64,000 bases of DNA from an uncultured Verrucomicrobiae bacterium. GTDB taxonomy: Bacteria > Verrucomicrobiota > Verrucomicrobiia > Chthoniobacterales > JAATET01. Location of the stretch: NCBI GenBank assembly GCA_963719495.1, contig CAVRCI010000005.1:160001-224000 (forward strand). The letters run 5' to 3'. Below, piece after piece: positions 38,255 through 47,475 of the stretch. How positions within the stretch are numbered: position 1 is the first letter of the stretch; each line of letters starts with the position of its first letter. The position numbers and the translations under genes were made by a program. Below the pieces are notes generated by a model. That model was not told the origin of the DNA, ran no database searches, and was given only the letters and a program-made list of their open reading frames with translations.

Positions 38255-39871
38255 ATGCTTGCCGTCATCCTCCTCGCCACCGTCGTCCTCACGGCAATCG
38301 CCTACCGATTCTACGGGCGCTTCCTCGAGCGCCAGACCGGCGTCGACGACGCCAATCCGACTCCGGCCCACACCGTGAACGACGGCGTCGACTACGTTCC
38401 GACGCGCGCGTCCGTCGTTTTCGGTCACCACTTCTCCTCCATCGCCGGGGCCGGGCCGATCGTCGGCCCAATCATCGCGGCTGCGGCGTTCGGCTGGGGG
38501 CCAGTGTGGTTGTGGGTGCTCTTCGGGGCGATTTTCGTCGGCGGCGTTCACGATTTCGGCTCCACGATCATGTCGCTGCGCTACGGCGGAAAATCGATCA
38601 TCGCCGCCGCGCGCGACATCGTCGGCGAGCGGACCGGCAAGCTCCTCCTGCTCTTCGTCCTGCTCACGCTCATTTACGTGATCATCGTTTTCCTCGACCT
38701 CACGGCCGCGGGCTTCGTGAGCACGCCGGCGGTCGCGACGGCCTCGGGTTGGTTCGTGCTCATGGCGCTCGCATTCGGATTGGTCATCACCCGCACGAAC
38801 CTGCCCTACGGCGTCGCCATCGCGATTTTCGTCGCGCTCACCTACGCCGGCCTGGCGATCGGGCACTATTTCCCGGCACCGGATCTCGGGAAGGACGCGT
38901 GGATTTGCATCGTTCTCATCTACTGCTTCGCCGCCGCGATTCTGCCCGTCGGCTGGCTCATGCAGCCGCGCGATTTCCTGAGCGCGACGTTTCTCTACGC
39001 GATCCTCGCACTTGGATTGATCGGCGCGCTGGTCAGCCATCAGGACTTCGAACTCGATTTCTTCACCGGCTTCCGAAGCGAAAATCTCGGCCTGCTCGTG
39101 CCATTTCTCTTCATCACCGTTGCCTGCGGAGCCTGCAGCGGCTTTCACAGCATGGTCGCCAGCGGGACGACTTCGAAGCAGCTGAATTGCGAGACCGACG
39201 TCCGCCGCGTCGCCTACGGCGGAATGCTCGTCGAAGCCGTGCTCGCGACCTTCGCCCTCGGCTGCGTCGCCGTCGTCGGCGGGATGAAAGGCAGCGCGAT
39301 CGACACGTTCGCCAACGGGGCGGCGGTCTTCTTCGGAGCGCTCGGGGTGCCGCAGAAGCTCGGGGTGGAATTCGCCACGCTGGCCGTGAGCACCTTCCTA
39401 CTCACGACGCTCGACACCTGCACGCGGCTGGCGCGTTTTCTCGTCGAGGAGCTCTTCGGCTGGCGGGGCCTTGCCGCCCGGCTCGTCGCCACGGCGGTCA
39501 TCGTCGGCGTCGCCGGATCGCTCGCCGCGCAGAAATTTACGAGCCTCAGCGGCGAACTCGTCCCGGCCTGGAAAGCCCTCTGGCCGCTCTTCGGCGCGAC
39601 GAACCAACTGCTCGCCGCCCTCGCACTCGTCACCATCACCGTCTTCCTCCGCAGCCGCCGCATCGCCATCTGGTTCGCCGCGCTCCCCGCCGCCCTCATG
39701 ATCGCGATGCCGCTGACCGCCATGATCACCATGGCCCTCGATTCGCGGATGGACACGATCCTGCGCGTCGCGGCCATCCTGCAACTCGCACTCGGACTTT
39801 ACGTCATCGCCATGGGCGTCCGCTACCTCGTCCAATCCCGGGAGACGTCGCCCGCCGCCGTTGGCGCTTGA
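38255..39871 (+). CDS. cstA: Carbon starvation protein A family transporter
   Basis: DGVDYVP, GHHFSSIAGAGP, CGACSGFH, LWPLFGATNQLL. Confidence 0.95.
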   Translation: MLAVILLATVVLTAIAYRFYGRFLERQTGVDDANPTPAHTVNDGVDYVPTRASVVFGHHFSSIAGAGPIVGPIIAAAAFGWGPVWLWVLFGAIFVGGVHDFGSTIMSLRYGGKSIIAAARDIVGERTGKLLLLFVLLTLIYVIIVFLDLTAAGFVSTPAVATASGWFVLMALAFGLVITRTNLPYGVAIAIFVALTYAGLAIGHYFPAPDLGKDAWICIVLIYCFAAAILPVGWLMQPRDFLSATFLYAILALGLIGALVSHQDFELDFFTGFRSENLGLLVPFLFITVACGACSGFHSMVASGTTSKQLNCETDVRRVAYGGMLVEAVLATFALGCVAVVGGMKGSAIDTFANGAAVFFGALGVPQKLGVEFATLAVSTFLLTTLDTCTRLARFLVEELFGWRGLAARLVATAVIVGVAGSLAAQKFTSLSGELVPAWKALWPLFGATNQLLAALALVTITVFLRSRRIAIWFAALPAALMIAMPLTAMITMALDSRMDTILRVAAILQLALGLYVIAMGVRYLVQSRETSPAAVGA

Positions 39872-39902
39872 TTTCCCCTCCCCCGCGGGCTGGACTTGCA
39901 CG

Positions 39903-40865
39903 ATGAAACTTCTTCTCCTCGCCGCGCTCGCGATCTCGTCGACCCTGACCCTCGCGCTCGCCGACGAAAGCGCGAACGACCTCGCGAAACAGCGCGGCCT
40001 CGACGACCAGAACACCATCGTCGAGAGCGCCGGAGACCTCGCTGATCAGATCGGCGACGCCATCCCGACGAAGGACCTGGAGGAAAGCGCCTCGACCCTC
40101 GCCGACCAGCTCGGTGAGGCGATCAGCCCGGAAGACAACGAAGAAAGCGCCGCTGAACTCGCGGACCAAACCGGCGGCACCATCAGCACGACCGACTCGG
40201 AGGAGAGCGCCCGCGAACTCGCCGAGCGACAGAACCTCGAGACCACCCCGACCCCCGACCCGGCGGCGACCCCGGCGGCCACGTCCGAAGTCGCCGGAGT
40301 CAACGGCACGATCAGCGCCGTGGTCGCGACCACCGACGGCAAGGTCTACATTGGCGGACGCTTCAACCGCATCGGCAACGAACCCATCGGCAACCTCGCG
40401 CGACTCGACGCCGACGGCACCCTCGACAAAACGTTCGTCGCCGACGCGGCTGCGGGCGTCGAAGGAACCGTCTTCGCCCTTGCCATCGACGCGCAGGGCG
40501 GCTTGATCGTCGGTGGGTTTTTCAATCAGGCCCACGGCACCGAGGTCAAAAACCTCGCCCGCTACCTACCCAGCGGCGAACTCGATTCGAAATTTTCCAC
40601 CGCGGGCGGCCCGAACGGCAAAGTCCTCGCCCTCGCGATCCTCTCCGACGGCACCATCGTCGTCGCCGGTCAGTTCTCGAGCTTCGCCAACGAAGAGCGC
40701 GGTAACATCGCCTACCTCTCCGCCACTGGCCAGCTGGCCGCCACGACCCCCGAGGTCGACGGCACCATCCTCGCGATCACCAGCCTCCCGGACGGCGGAG
40801 TGTTCGCAGGCGGGAAATTTGAAACAACCGACGGCCCCCGCAACGTGCTCCGCCTCGCGAAGTAA
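39903..40865 (+). CDS. Secreted protein with ESAxxLAxQ repeats and delta-60-type beta-propeller repeats
   Basis: Signal peptide; DGKVYIGGRF...LARLDADGTLDKTF repeats. Confidence 0.8.
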   Translation: MKLLLLAALAISSTLTLALADESANDLAKQRGLDDQNTIVESAGDLADQIGDAIPTKDLEESASTLADQLGEAISPEDNEESAAELADQTGGTISTTDSEESARELAERQNLETTPTPDPAATPAATSEVAGVNGTISAVVATTDGKVYIGGRFNRIGNEPIGNLARLDADGTLDKTFVADAAAGVEGTVFALAIDAQGGLIVGGFFNQAHGTEVKNLARYLPSGELDSKFSTAGGPNGKVLALAILSDGTIVVAGQFSSFANEERGNIAYLSATGQLAATTPEVDGTILAITSLPDGGVFAGGKFETTDGPRNVLRLAK

Positions 40866-40874
40866 TCGCCGCTC

Positions 40875-41354
40875 CTACCCGCGTCGCTCGAGAAAAAAGG
40901 CCTTCAGAATCCCCGCGCACTCCGCCGACCGCACCCCGCTCGTCACCTCCGCACGATGATTCAATTCCGTCGTCTGCAGCAGGTTGATCCACCCACCCGC
41001 CGCGCCACCCTTCGCGTCGGAGCACCCGAAGATCACCCGCCGCAGCCGCGCGTGCACGATTGCCCCCGCGCACATCGGGCACGGCTCCTTCGTCACGTAG
41101 AGATCGCAATCCGTCAGCCGCCAATCTTCCATCACGGCCTCGGCCTGAGTGATCGCGAGCATTTCCGCGTGCGCCGTCGCGTCCTTGATCGTCTCCACCT
41201 GATTCCACGCCCGCGCAATGATCCGCCCCTCGCGCACGACCACCGCCCCGATGGGCACCTCGGCCGCCGCGTAAGCCCGCCGGGCCCCCCGCAGCGCCTC
41301 GCGCATGAAATAGCTGTCACTCTCCAGATCAATCCTCGCGTCCGCATCTTCCAC
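40875..41354 (-). CDS. tadA: tRNA adenosine(34) deaminase
   Basis: EVPIGAV, HAE, EPCPMC. Confidence 0.93.
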   Translation of the reverse strand: MEDADARIDLESDSYFMREALRGARRAYAAAEVPIGAVVVREGRIIARAWNQVETIKDATAHAEMLAITQAEAVMEDWRLTDCDLYVTKEPCPMCAGAIVHARLRRVIFGCSDAKGGAAGGWINLLQTTELNHRAEVTSGVRSAECAGILKAFFLERRG

Positions 41355-41401
41355 GCAATCCGATCTAGTCGAACCCGCCCCCGCCCGCTAACACAAAACA
41401 C

Positions 41402-42052
41402 GTGAGCCGCCGACCCACCCTCATCGCCCCCTCCATCCTCGCCTCCGATTTCGCCCTCCTCGGCGACGAGGTCGCCAGCGTCACCGCCGCCGGCGCCGAT
41501 TGGATCCACTGCGACATCATGGACGGCCATTTCGTCGACAACATCTCGTTCGGCCCCGCCCTCGCCGAGGCCGCCGCCCGCCACACGTCCCTCCCGATCG
41601 ACGTCCACCTCATGATCGACCGGCCCGATCATTACTTCGGACGCTTCGCCGATTTTGCCGCCACCATCACGGTCCACGTCGAAGCCGATCACGACATCGC
41701 CGACACTTTGAAAAAAATTCGGGCCGCCGGGTGCCGAGCGGGTCTGGCCCTCAGTCCGCCGACCGACTTCGAAGCCATCGAACCCTACGCCGACCTCCTC
41801 GACCTCGTCCTCGTGATGACCGTCAATCCCGGCTTCGGCGGCCAACCGTTCCTGTCCGAGACCCTCGACAAAGTCCGCGCAGCGACCCACCTCCGCGCCG
41901 CCCGCCACCTCGATTTCGACATCGAAGTCGACGGCGGCATCACCGCCGACACCGCGAAAAGCGCCCGCGAAGCGGGAGCCAACGTCTTCGTAGCGGGCAC
42001 CAGCGTCTTCAAAGCCGAGGACCGCGCCGCCGCCATCGACTCACTCCGCTAG
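41402..42052 (+). CDS. rpe: Ribulose-phosphate 3-epimerase
   Basis: HCDIMDGHFV, MTVNPGFGGQ, EVDGGI. Confidence 0.97.
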   Translation: MSRRPTLIAPSILASDFALLGDEVASVTAAGADWIHCDIMDGHFVDNISFGPALAEAAARHTSLPIDVHLMIDRPDHYFGRFADFAATITVHVEADHDIADTLKKIRAAGCRAGLALSPPTDFEAIEPYADLLDLVLVMTVNPGFGGQPFLSETLDKVRAATHLRAARHLDFDIEVDGGITADTAKSAREAGANVFVAGTSVFKAEDRAAAIDSLR

Positions 42053-43282
42053 CAGAGCCAGCGCCTCCCCCACCAAAAAAAGCGACCCGCAAACCAGGCA
42101 TCGGGGAGCACAGGCATCCTGCCTGTCGTGCCGGGCTTCCAGCCCGGCACCCGTTCCAATTCCGTCCGGCGGCTGCCGGACCACTTCCCCCAACGCTGCC
42201 CCCACCGACCCAAAAACCCGCCAATCCACCCCAACCTCCGCGCCAAAAACCCCCGGCTCCGCCCCGCGATCCGACCCCACCGGCACGAACAAAAACTCCG
42301 AAGCGACCCCCTCCAGCTCCCGCAAAATCTCGCCGTAATCCTTATCGCGCAAAGCCCCAAAGATCACCGGCACCCGCGAGTTGTCCCCGAACTCCTCCCG
42401 CCAGGTCCGCACCAACTGCGCCGCGCCCTGCACGTTGTGAGCCCCGTCGAGCACCACGTCGCCCACCCGCTCGAACCGCCCCGCCCACCGCACCTCCGCG
42501 ACCCCCACTCGCACCACCGCCTCCTCGAGTCGGAACCCGGCCACCCGCAACGCCGCCACCGCGACCGCCGCATTTCGCCGCTGATGCCGCCCAACCAGCC
42601 CAACCTCCCAATCGTTCGGAACCTCGACCTCCACGAACTCCACGGTCGCCCCGAGTTCCTCCGCCCGCCGCCGGATCACTGTTCCCGCTTCCGCGACCTG
42701 CTCCGCACTCACCACTGGCACACCCGGCTTGATGATCCCAGCCTTCTCCCCCGCGATCGCCGCCAGATCGGCCCCCAACCACTCCGCGTGATCCATCGCG
42801 ATCGGGGTAATCACACTCACCCGCGGCACCACCACATTCGTCGCGTCGAGCCGCCCCCCCATTCCCGTTTCCAACACCACGACGTCGACCGCCGACTCTG
42901 CGAAGTGCATCAACCCCAGCACCGTCACCAGTTCAAAGTAAGTCGGCGCGTGATCCCATTCCGCCGCCGCCTCCCGCAGCCGGGTCAATCCCGCCGTCAC
43001 GTCGGCTTCACCGATCCACTCGCCGTCCACCCGGATTCGCTCGCGAAAATCGACCAAGTGCGGCGAAGTGAACAGCCCCACCCGCCGACCCGAACGCCGC
43101 AGCACCGCGTCCATCATCGCGCAAACGGACCCCTTCCCGTTCGTCCCCGCGACGTGGAGGAATTCCAGCCGCGTCTCCGGATTCCCCACCGCGTCCAGCA
43201 GACGCCGCGTATTCTCCAAGCCCAGCTTGATGCCGAACCGCTGCGAGCCATTGAGCCAGTCCAGCGACTCGGCGAAGGTCAT
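42041..43282 (-). CDS. folC: Folylpolyglutamate synthase/dihydrofolate synthase
   Basis: GTNGKGS, FTSPHL, ETGMGGRLDATN, DGAHN, GSLFLVG. Confidence 0.95.
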   Translation of the reverse strand: MTFAESLDWLNGSQRFGIKLGLENTRRLLDAVGNPETRLEFLHVAGTNGKGSVCAMMDAVLRRSGRRVGLFTSPHLVDFRERIRVDGEWIGEADVTAGLTRLREAAAEWDHAPTYFELVTVLGLMHFAESAVDVVVLETGMGGRLDATNVVVPRVSVITPIAMDHAEWLGADLAAIAGEKAGIIKPGVPVVSAEQVAEAGTVIRRRAEELGATVEFVEVEVPNDWEVGLVGRHQRRNAAVAVAALRVAGFRLEEAVVRVGVAEVRWAGRFERVGDVVLDGAHNVQGAAQLVRTWREEFGDNSRVPVIFGALRDKDYGEILRELEGVASEFLFVPVGSDRGAEPGVFGAEVGVDWRVFGSVGAALGEVVRQPPDGIGTGAGLEARHDRQDACAPRCLVCGSLFLVGEALALLAE

Positions 43283-44127
43283 TTGTTCCGCAGCGCGAGA
43301 TACGTGATCAGCTGACCGAGCAGCTCCTTCATCTTCGCCCGGTGGACGATGTGATCGACCAGCCCGTGCTTCTCGAGAAATTCCGCCGTTTGAAATCCTT
43401 CCGGCAGATCCTGATGCGTCGTCTCCTTGATCACCCGAGGACCCGCGAACCCAATCATGCTCTTCGGCTCCGCCACGATCACGTCGCCCAGCGAAGCGAA
43501 ACTCGCGCTCACGCCCGCCATCGTCGGATTCGTCAGCACCGGGATGTAAACCAGCCGCGCCTTCGCGTGCCGGGCCAGCGCCCCGCTCGTCTTCGCCATC
43601 TGCATCAGGCTCAGAATCCCCTCATACATCCGCGCCCCGCCGGAAGCGCAGACCACGATCGACGGCATCTTCTTCTTCGTTGCCAGCTCGATCGACCGCG
43701 TGATCTTTTCGCCCACGACCGAACCCATCGAGGCCCCGAGAAAGCTGAAATCCATCACCGCCAGCGCAACCGGCGTTCCGTTGATTTTGCCAACGCCCGT
43801 GATGACCGCGTCCTTCAACCCCGTCCGCTCCTGATAGGTTTTGAGTCGTTCCTCGTAAGCCGCCACGCCCGTGAACTTGAGCGGATCCACCGAGACCATG
43901 TCGGCGTCGGTCTCCTCGAAGGTCCCTTCGTCGATGAGCAACGCCACGCGCTCGCGGCAACCCATCGTAAAGTGGTTTTCGCACTTCGGGCAAACCAACC
44001 GGTTCTCCGCCAATGCGAGTTTGTGAATCATCTCGCCGCACGACGGACAATTTTTGAAGAGCCCCTCGGGGATCTCGCGATTCCGGCTCACCAATGCCTT
44101 CCAAACGGGTTTTCTGAAAATCGCCAT
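43279..44127 (-). CDS. accD: Acetyl-CoA carboxylase carboxyltransferase beta subunit
   Basis: C4 zinc finger, ASMGSVVGEK, SGGARM, GFAGPRVI. Confidence 0.97.
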   Translation of the reverse strand: MAIFRKPVWKALVSRNREIPEGLFKNCPSCGEMIHKLALAENRLVCPKCENHFTMGCRERVALLIDEGTFEETDADMVSVDPLKFTGVAAYEERLKTYQERTGLKDAVITGVGKINGTPVALAVMDFSFLGASMGSVVGEKITRSIELATKKKMPSIVVCASGGARMYEGILSLMQMAKTSGALARHAKARLVYIPVLTNPTMAGVSASFASLGDVIVAEPKSMIGFAGPRVIKETTHQDLPEGFQTAEFLEKHGLVDHIVHRAKMKELLGQLITYLALRNK

Positions 44128-44140
44128 AGATTCTAAATGT

Positions 44141-44863
44141 TTAGCCGCGAGCCACCGTGATCGCGTTCACCGAAGCCGCGCCCGCCTCGACCAACACCCG
44201 CGCGCACTCGTCCAGCGTCGAGCCCGTCGTCAGGATGTCATCCACCAGCAGGATGTGTTTACCGATCACCCGGTCATTGTGGCGCACTTCGAACGCGTCG
44301 CGCAAGTTCCGCATCCGCTGCTTCCGGTCGAACTGCGTCTGCGTCACCGTGTAGCGCCGCCGCCGCAGCAAACGCCCGGTCGGCACGCCCCGCAACCTCG
44401 TCACCCACCGCGCCAGTTCCTCCGCTTGATTGAATTCCCGCTCGCGCTCCCGCGTCGGGTGCAGCGGCACCGGCACCAACACGTCCGGCTCCACGTCCGC
44501 CAGCCGATCGTCGTCCAACGCCTCCGCCAGCCAACGCCCGAGCAATCGCCGCAAATACCGCTCCTTCCCGTATTTGAACCGGTGCACCAGATCCCGCACC
44601 GACCCCGTGCATTTCACCACCGCGATCGCCGCGTCGAAACTCATCTCGTGCCCGCGGCAATTCGGGCACTCCACCTCGTCCATCATCCCATCGAACGGAT
44701 GCGAGCAAACCCCGCACCGCGGCTCGTTCACCCGCCGCACCTCCCGCTCGCAATCCGCGCAAAGCAACACCCCCGGCTCCACCGCCTTCTCGCAAACGAA
44801 GCAGTGCGAGGGAAACGCCAGTTCAGCCAGCGCGTCCGCCCACGGTCGCAAAGTCCCGATCAC
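44141..44863 (-). CDS. comF: ComF family protein
   Basis: Zinc ribbons; VPVPLH..R...R.FNQ; LVDDILTTGST. Confidence 0.9.
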   Translation of the reverse strand: MIGTLRPWADALAELAFPSHCFVCEKAVEPGVLLCADCEREVRRVNEPRCGVCSHPFDGMMDEVECPNCRGHEMSFDAAIAVVKCTGSVRDLVHRFKYGKERYLRRLLGRWLAEALDDDRLADVEPDVLVPVPLHPTREREREFNQAEELARWVTRLRGVPTGRLLRRRRYTVTQTQFDRKQRMRNLRDAFEVRHNDRVIGKHILLVDDILTTGSTLDECARVLVEAGAASVNAITVARG

Positions 44864-45752
44864 GGCGCAGATACCACCAGACGAGCGCCGCGGTGACAAG
44901 CAACGCCCCCAGCGGCACCACCCCCGTCGGCACCATCCCGCTCACCACGTTCGGCCCCACCCACGGCAGCCACGCGTCCTCGGGCTTGATCCGATACTTC
45001 GCAAAAAGATTCAGCGTCTGCTGCCCAAAAATCCACCCCGCGTGCAGCCCAATCGGCAGCCACAGCGACCGCGTCCGCAGACACGCCAACGCGAGAATGA
45101 TCCCAATCACGAACAGCGTCACGCACCCCCAGAAGAAGACCGCCGCGCTGTCCACGCTCGAAAACGCCGACCCCAACAACTCGAATCCGCTCGTCCACGT
45201 CACCGCCTCCCGCGCGATCTCACCCCGCGGTTTGAAGAAATGCACCAGCGCAAACACCGCCGATACGCTCACGATTCCGGTCCATTTCCCAAAATACCGA
45301 ATCGCCAACCCCAGCAGCACCCCGCGAAACAAAAACTCCTCGAACACCGAAACGAAAGTCGCCGTCCCCAGCACCCGCACCAGCGTCGCCACCCCCGCAT
45401 CGTCCCGCACCTTGTAAACTTCCGCCCACAGGTAGACCGCCCCGAGCAGGATCAGCGGTCCGATCGCCAGAGCCACACCCCAACCCACGTCCGGCCATTT
45501 CGCCGGATTCCGCTCGATCCCCAGATCCCGCAAACTCCGAATCCGCAGCCACCAACCCAACGGAAAAATGAAAACCAGCGCCGCGATCTGCGCAATCCGT
45601 CCCCAATAACGAAAGAACGGAAACTTCGCCGCCCCCGGAATCCACCCCGAGTCCGCCAACGCCATCCCCGCCCAGTAAATCGGCGGAGAAAGCACCGCCG
45701 TCACAAAAAGCACTGCAAGGACGAACAAAAGGATCTTCAAAAGAGGATTCAC
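44823..45752 (-). CDS. CPBP family intramembrane metalloprotease
   Basis: EEFLFRG, FALVH, GLHAGW. Confidence 0.88.
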   Translation of the reverse strand: MNPLLKILLFVLAVLFVTAVLSPPIYWAGMALADSGWIPGAAKFPFFRYWGRIAQIAALVFIFPLGWWLRIRSLRDLGIERNPAKWPDVGWGVALAIGPLILLGAVYLWAEVYKVRDDAGVATLVRVLGTATFVSVFEEFLFRGVLLGLAIRYFGKWTGIVSVSAVFALVHFFKPRGEIAREAVTWTSGFELLGSAFSSVDSAAVFFWGCVTLFVIGIILALACLRTRSLWLPIGLHAGWIFGQQTLNLFAKYRIKPEDAWLPWVGPNVVSGMVPTGVVPLGALLVTAALVWWYLRRDRDFATVGGRAG

Positions 45753-45859
45753 GCCCCGAACGCTACCACCCCTGCCAACCGCTCGTCCGCATCCAAAAAC
45801 TGTCAGGTCGAGCGAAGCAGAAAATCCGGGCGCAAGCCCGAATCCCCTCACCCCCCAAC

Positions 45860-45965
45860 TGTCATGTTGAGCAAAGCGAAACATCTCTGGCTCCTCACCG
45901 CATCCCGGCGACAGGCGCGGTTAGTAAGTATAAGCCAGAGATGCTTCGCTTCGCTCAGCATGACA
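45860..45965. repeat. Inverted doublet of TGTCAT-type repeats
   Basis: 45860-45891 forward; 45934-45965 reverse. Confidence 0.9.
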
Positions 45966-46067
45966 GAGGGGGAGAATTGCCCCAACCGCCCGTCCACCCG
46001 CCGCTTCTACTTCAAGGAGCGGCGGCTTCCAGCCGCCGAAGTTCCTGCTAAAACGACCGTGCCACCG

Positions 46068-47384
46068 ATGACCACCGACCCCGACACCGCCACCCTCACC
46101 GCCTGGGATCAAGCCCACACCTGGCACCCCTTCACCCAGATGCGCGCCTGGTGCGCCCCCGAGCACGAACCCCTCGTCCTCGTCGACGGCCACGGCGCCA
46201 TCCTCCGCGACAGCCGCGGCCGCGAATACCTCGACGGCAATTCCTCCATCTGGACGAACATCCACGGTCACCGCCACACCCGCATCGACGCCGCCATCCG
46301 CGCGCAGCTCGAGCGCGTCGCCCACACCTCCTTCCTCGGCGCGACCAACGTCCCCGCCGCCACCCTCGCCGCCCGACTCACCGCGCTCTTCCCGCCCGAC
46401 ACCCTCACCCGCGTCTTCTACTCCGACAACGGCTCCACCGCCATCGAGGCCGCCCTCAAAATGGCCGTCCAGTTCCGCCAACTCTCCGGCGAACCCCATC
46501 GCCACCGCTTCATCGCCTTCGACCACGCCTACCACGGCGACACCGCCGGAGCCGCCAGCGTCGGCGGCATCTCGACCTTCCACGGTCGCTTCGCCGCGAT
46601 GCAGTTCCCCGTCGACCGCCTCGCCAGCCCCGACGATCTCGGTCAAATCACCAACCCCCACGAGATCACCGCCCTCATCCTGGAGCCCCTCGTCCAGGGC
46701 GCGGCCGGCATCCGACTCTGGCCCGTCGGCACCCTCCGCCGGCTCCGGGATTGGTGCGACCACCACGGTGTCTTCCTCATCCTCGACGAAGTCCTCACCG
46801 GCTTCGGCCGCACCGGCACCCTCTTCGCCTGCGAACGCGAGGGCGTCATTCCCGACTTTCTCTGCCTCGCGAAGGGTCTCACCGGCGGCTACCTCCCGCT
46901 CGCCGCCACGCTCACGACCGAGCGCATTTTCGACGCCTTCCTCGGTGAACCCGCCGACCAGCGCACCTTTTACTACGGCCACAGTTACACCGCCAACCCG
47001 CTCGCCTGCGCCGCCGCCCTCGCCAGCCTCGACGTCTTCGAGGAGGAAAAAACCATCGCCGCCCTTCAACCCAAGATCGCCCACCTGACTAATCTCCTCG
47101 CCCCCCTCGCCGACCACCCCCACGTCCGTGAGATCCGCCAATGCGGATTCATCGCCGGCATCGAACTCGTCGAAGAAAAAACAACCGACCGCCCCTACGA
47201 CTGGACCGCCCTCACCGGCAACCAGGTTTGCGTCGCCGCGAGAGCCCACGGCCTCCTCACCCGACCCATCCTCGACACCATCGTCCTGATACCCCCCCTG
47301 TGCACGACGAACACCCAACTCGAAACCGCCGTCCTGGCCCTAAAACGAGCTATCACCGAAACCTGCAACCCAGCCGCCGGGTAA
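46068..47384 (+). CDS. bioA: Adenosylmethionine-8-amino-7-oxononanoate aminotransferase
   Basis: WHPFTQM, YHGDT, DEVLTGFGRTG, KGLTGGYLPL, GHSYTANP. Confidence 0.95.
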   Translation: MTTDPDTATLTAWDQAHTWHPFTQMRAWCAPEHEPLVLVDGHGAILRDSRGREYLDGNSSIWTNIHGHRHTRIDAAIRAQLERVAHTSFLGATNVPAATLAARLTALFPPDTLTRVFYSDNGSTAIEAALKMAVQFRQLSGEPHRHRFIAFDHAYHGDTAGAASVGGISTFHGRFAAMQFPVDRLASPDDLGQITNPHEITALILEPLVQGAAGIRLWPVGTLRRLRDWCDHHGVFLILDEVLTGFGRTGTLFACEREGVIPDFLCLAKGLTGGYLPLAATLTTERIFDAFLGEPADQRTFYYGHSYTANPLACAAALASLDVFEEEKTIAALQPKIAHLTNLLAPLADHPHVREIRQCGFIAGIELVEEKTTDRPYDWTALTGNQVCVAARAHGLLTRPILDTIVLIPPLCTTNTQLETAVLALKRAITETCNPAAG

Positions 47385-47393
47385 GTCTCACTG

Positions 47394-47460
47394 AGGCCGC
47401 AAAAAGGCGCAAAAAGCTCAAAAGTATTTCTCTTGAGCCTTTTGCGCCTTTTTGCGGCCT
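47394..47460. repeat. Long inverted repeat with 9-10-nt periodicity between convergent genes (probable bidirectional terminator)
   Basis: AGGCCGCAAAAAAGGCGCAAAAAGCTCAA / TTGAGCCTTTTGCGCCTTTTTGCGGCCT. Confidence 0.8.
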
Positions 47461-47475
47461 AAAAACTTATTGCGA

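Noticed and set aside
44430..46067. Apparent 984-aa BioA fusion in the ORF track
   Set aside because: The N-terminal 546 codons are antisense to comF and the CPBP gene and cross repeats; BioA similarity starts at ATG 46068.
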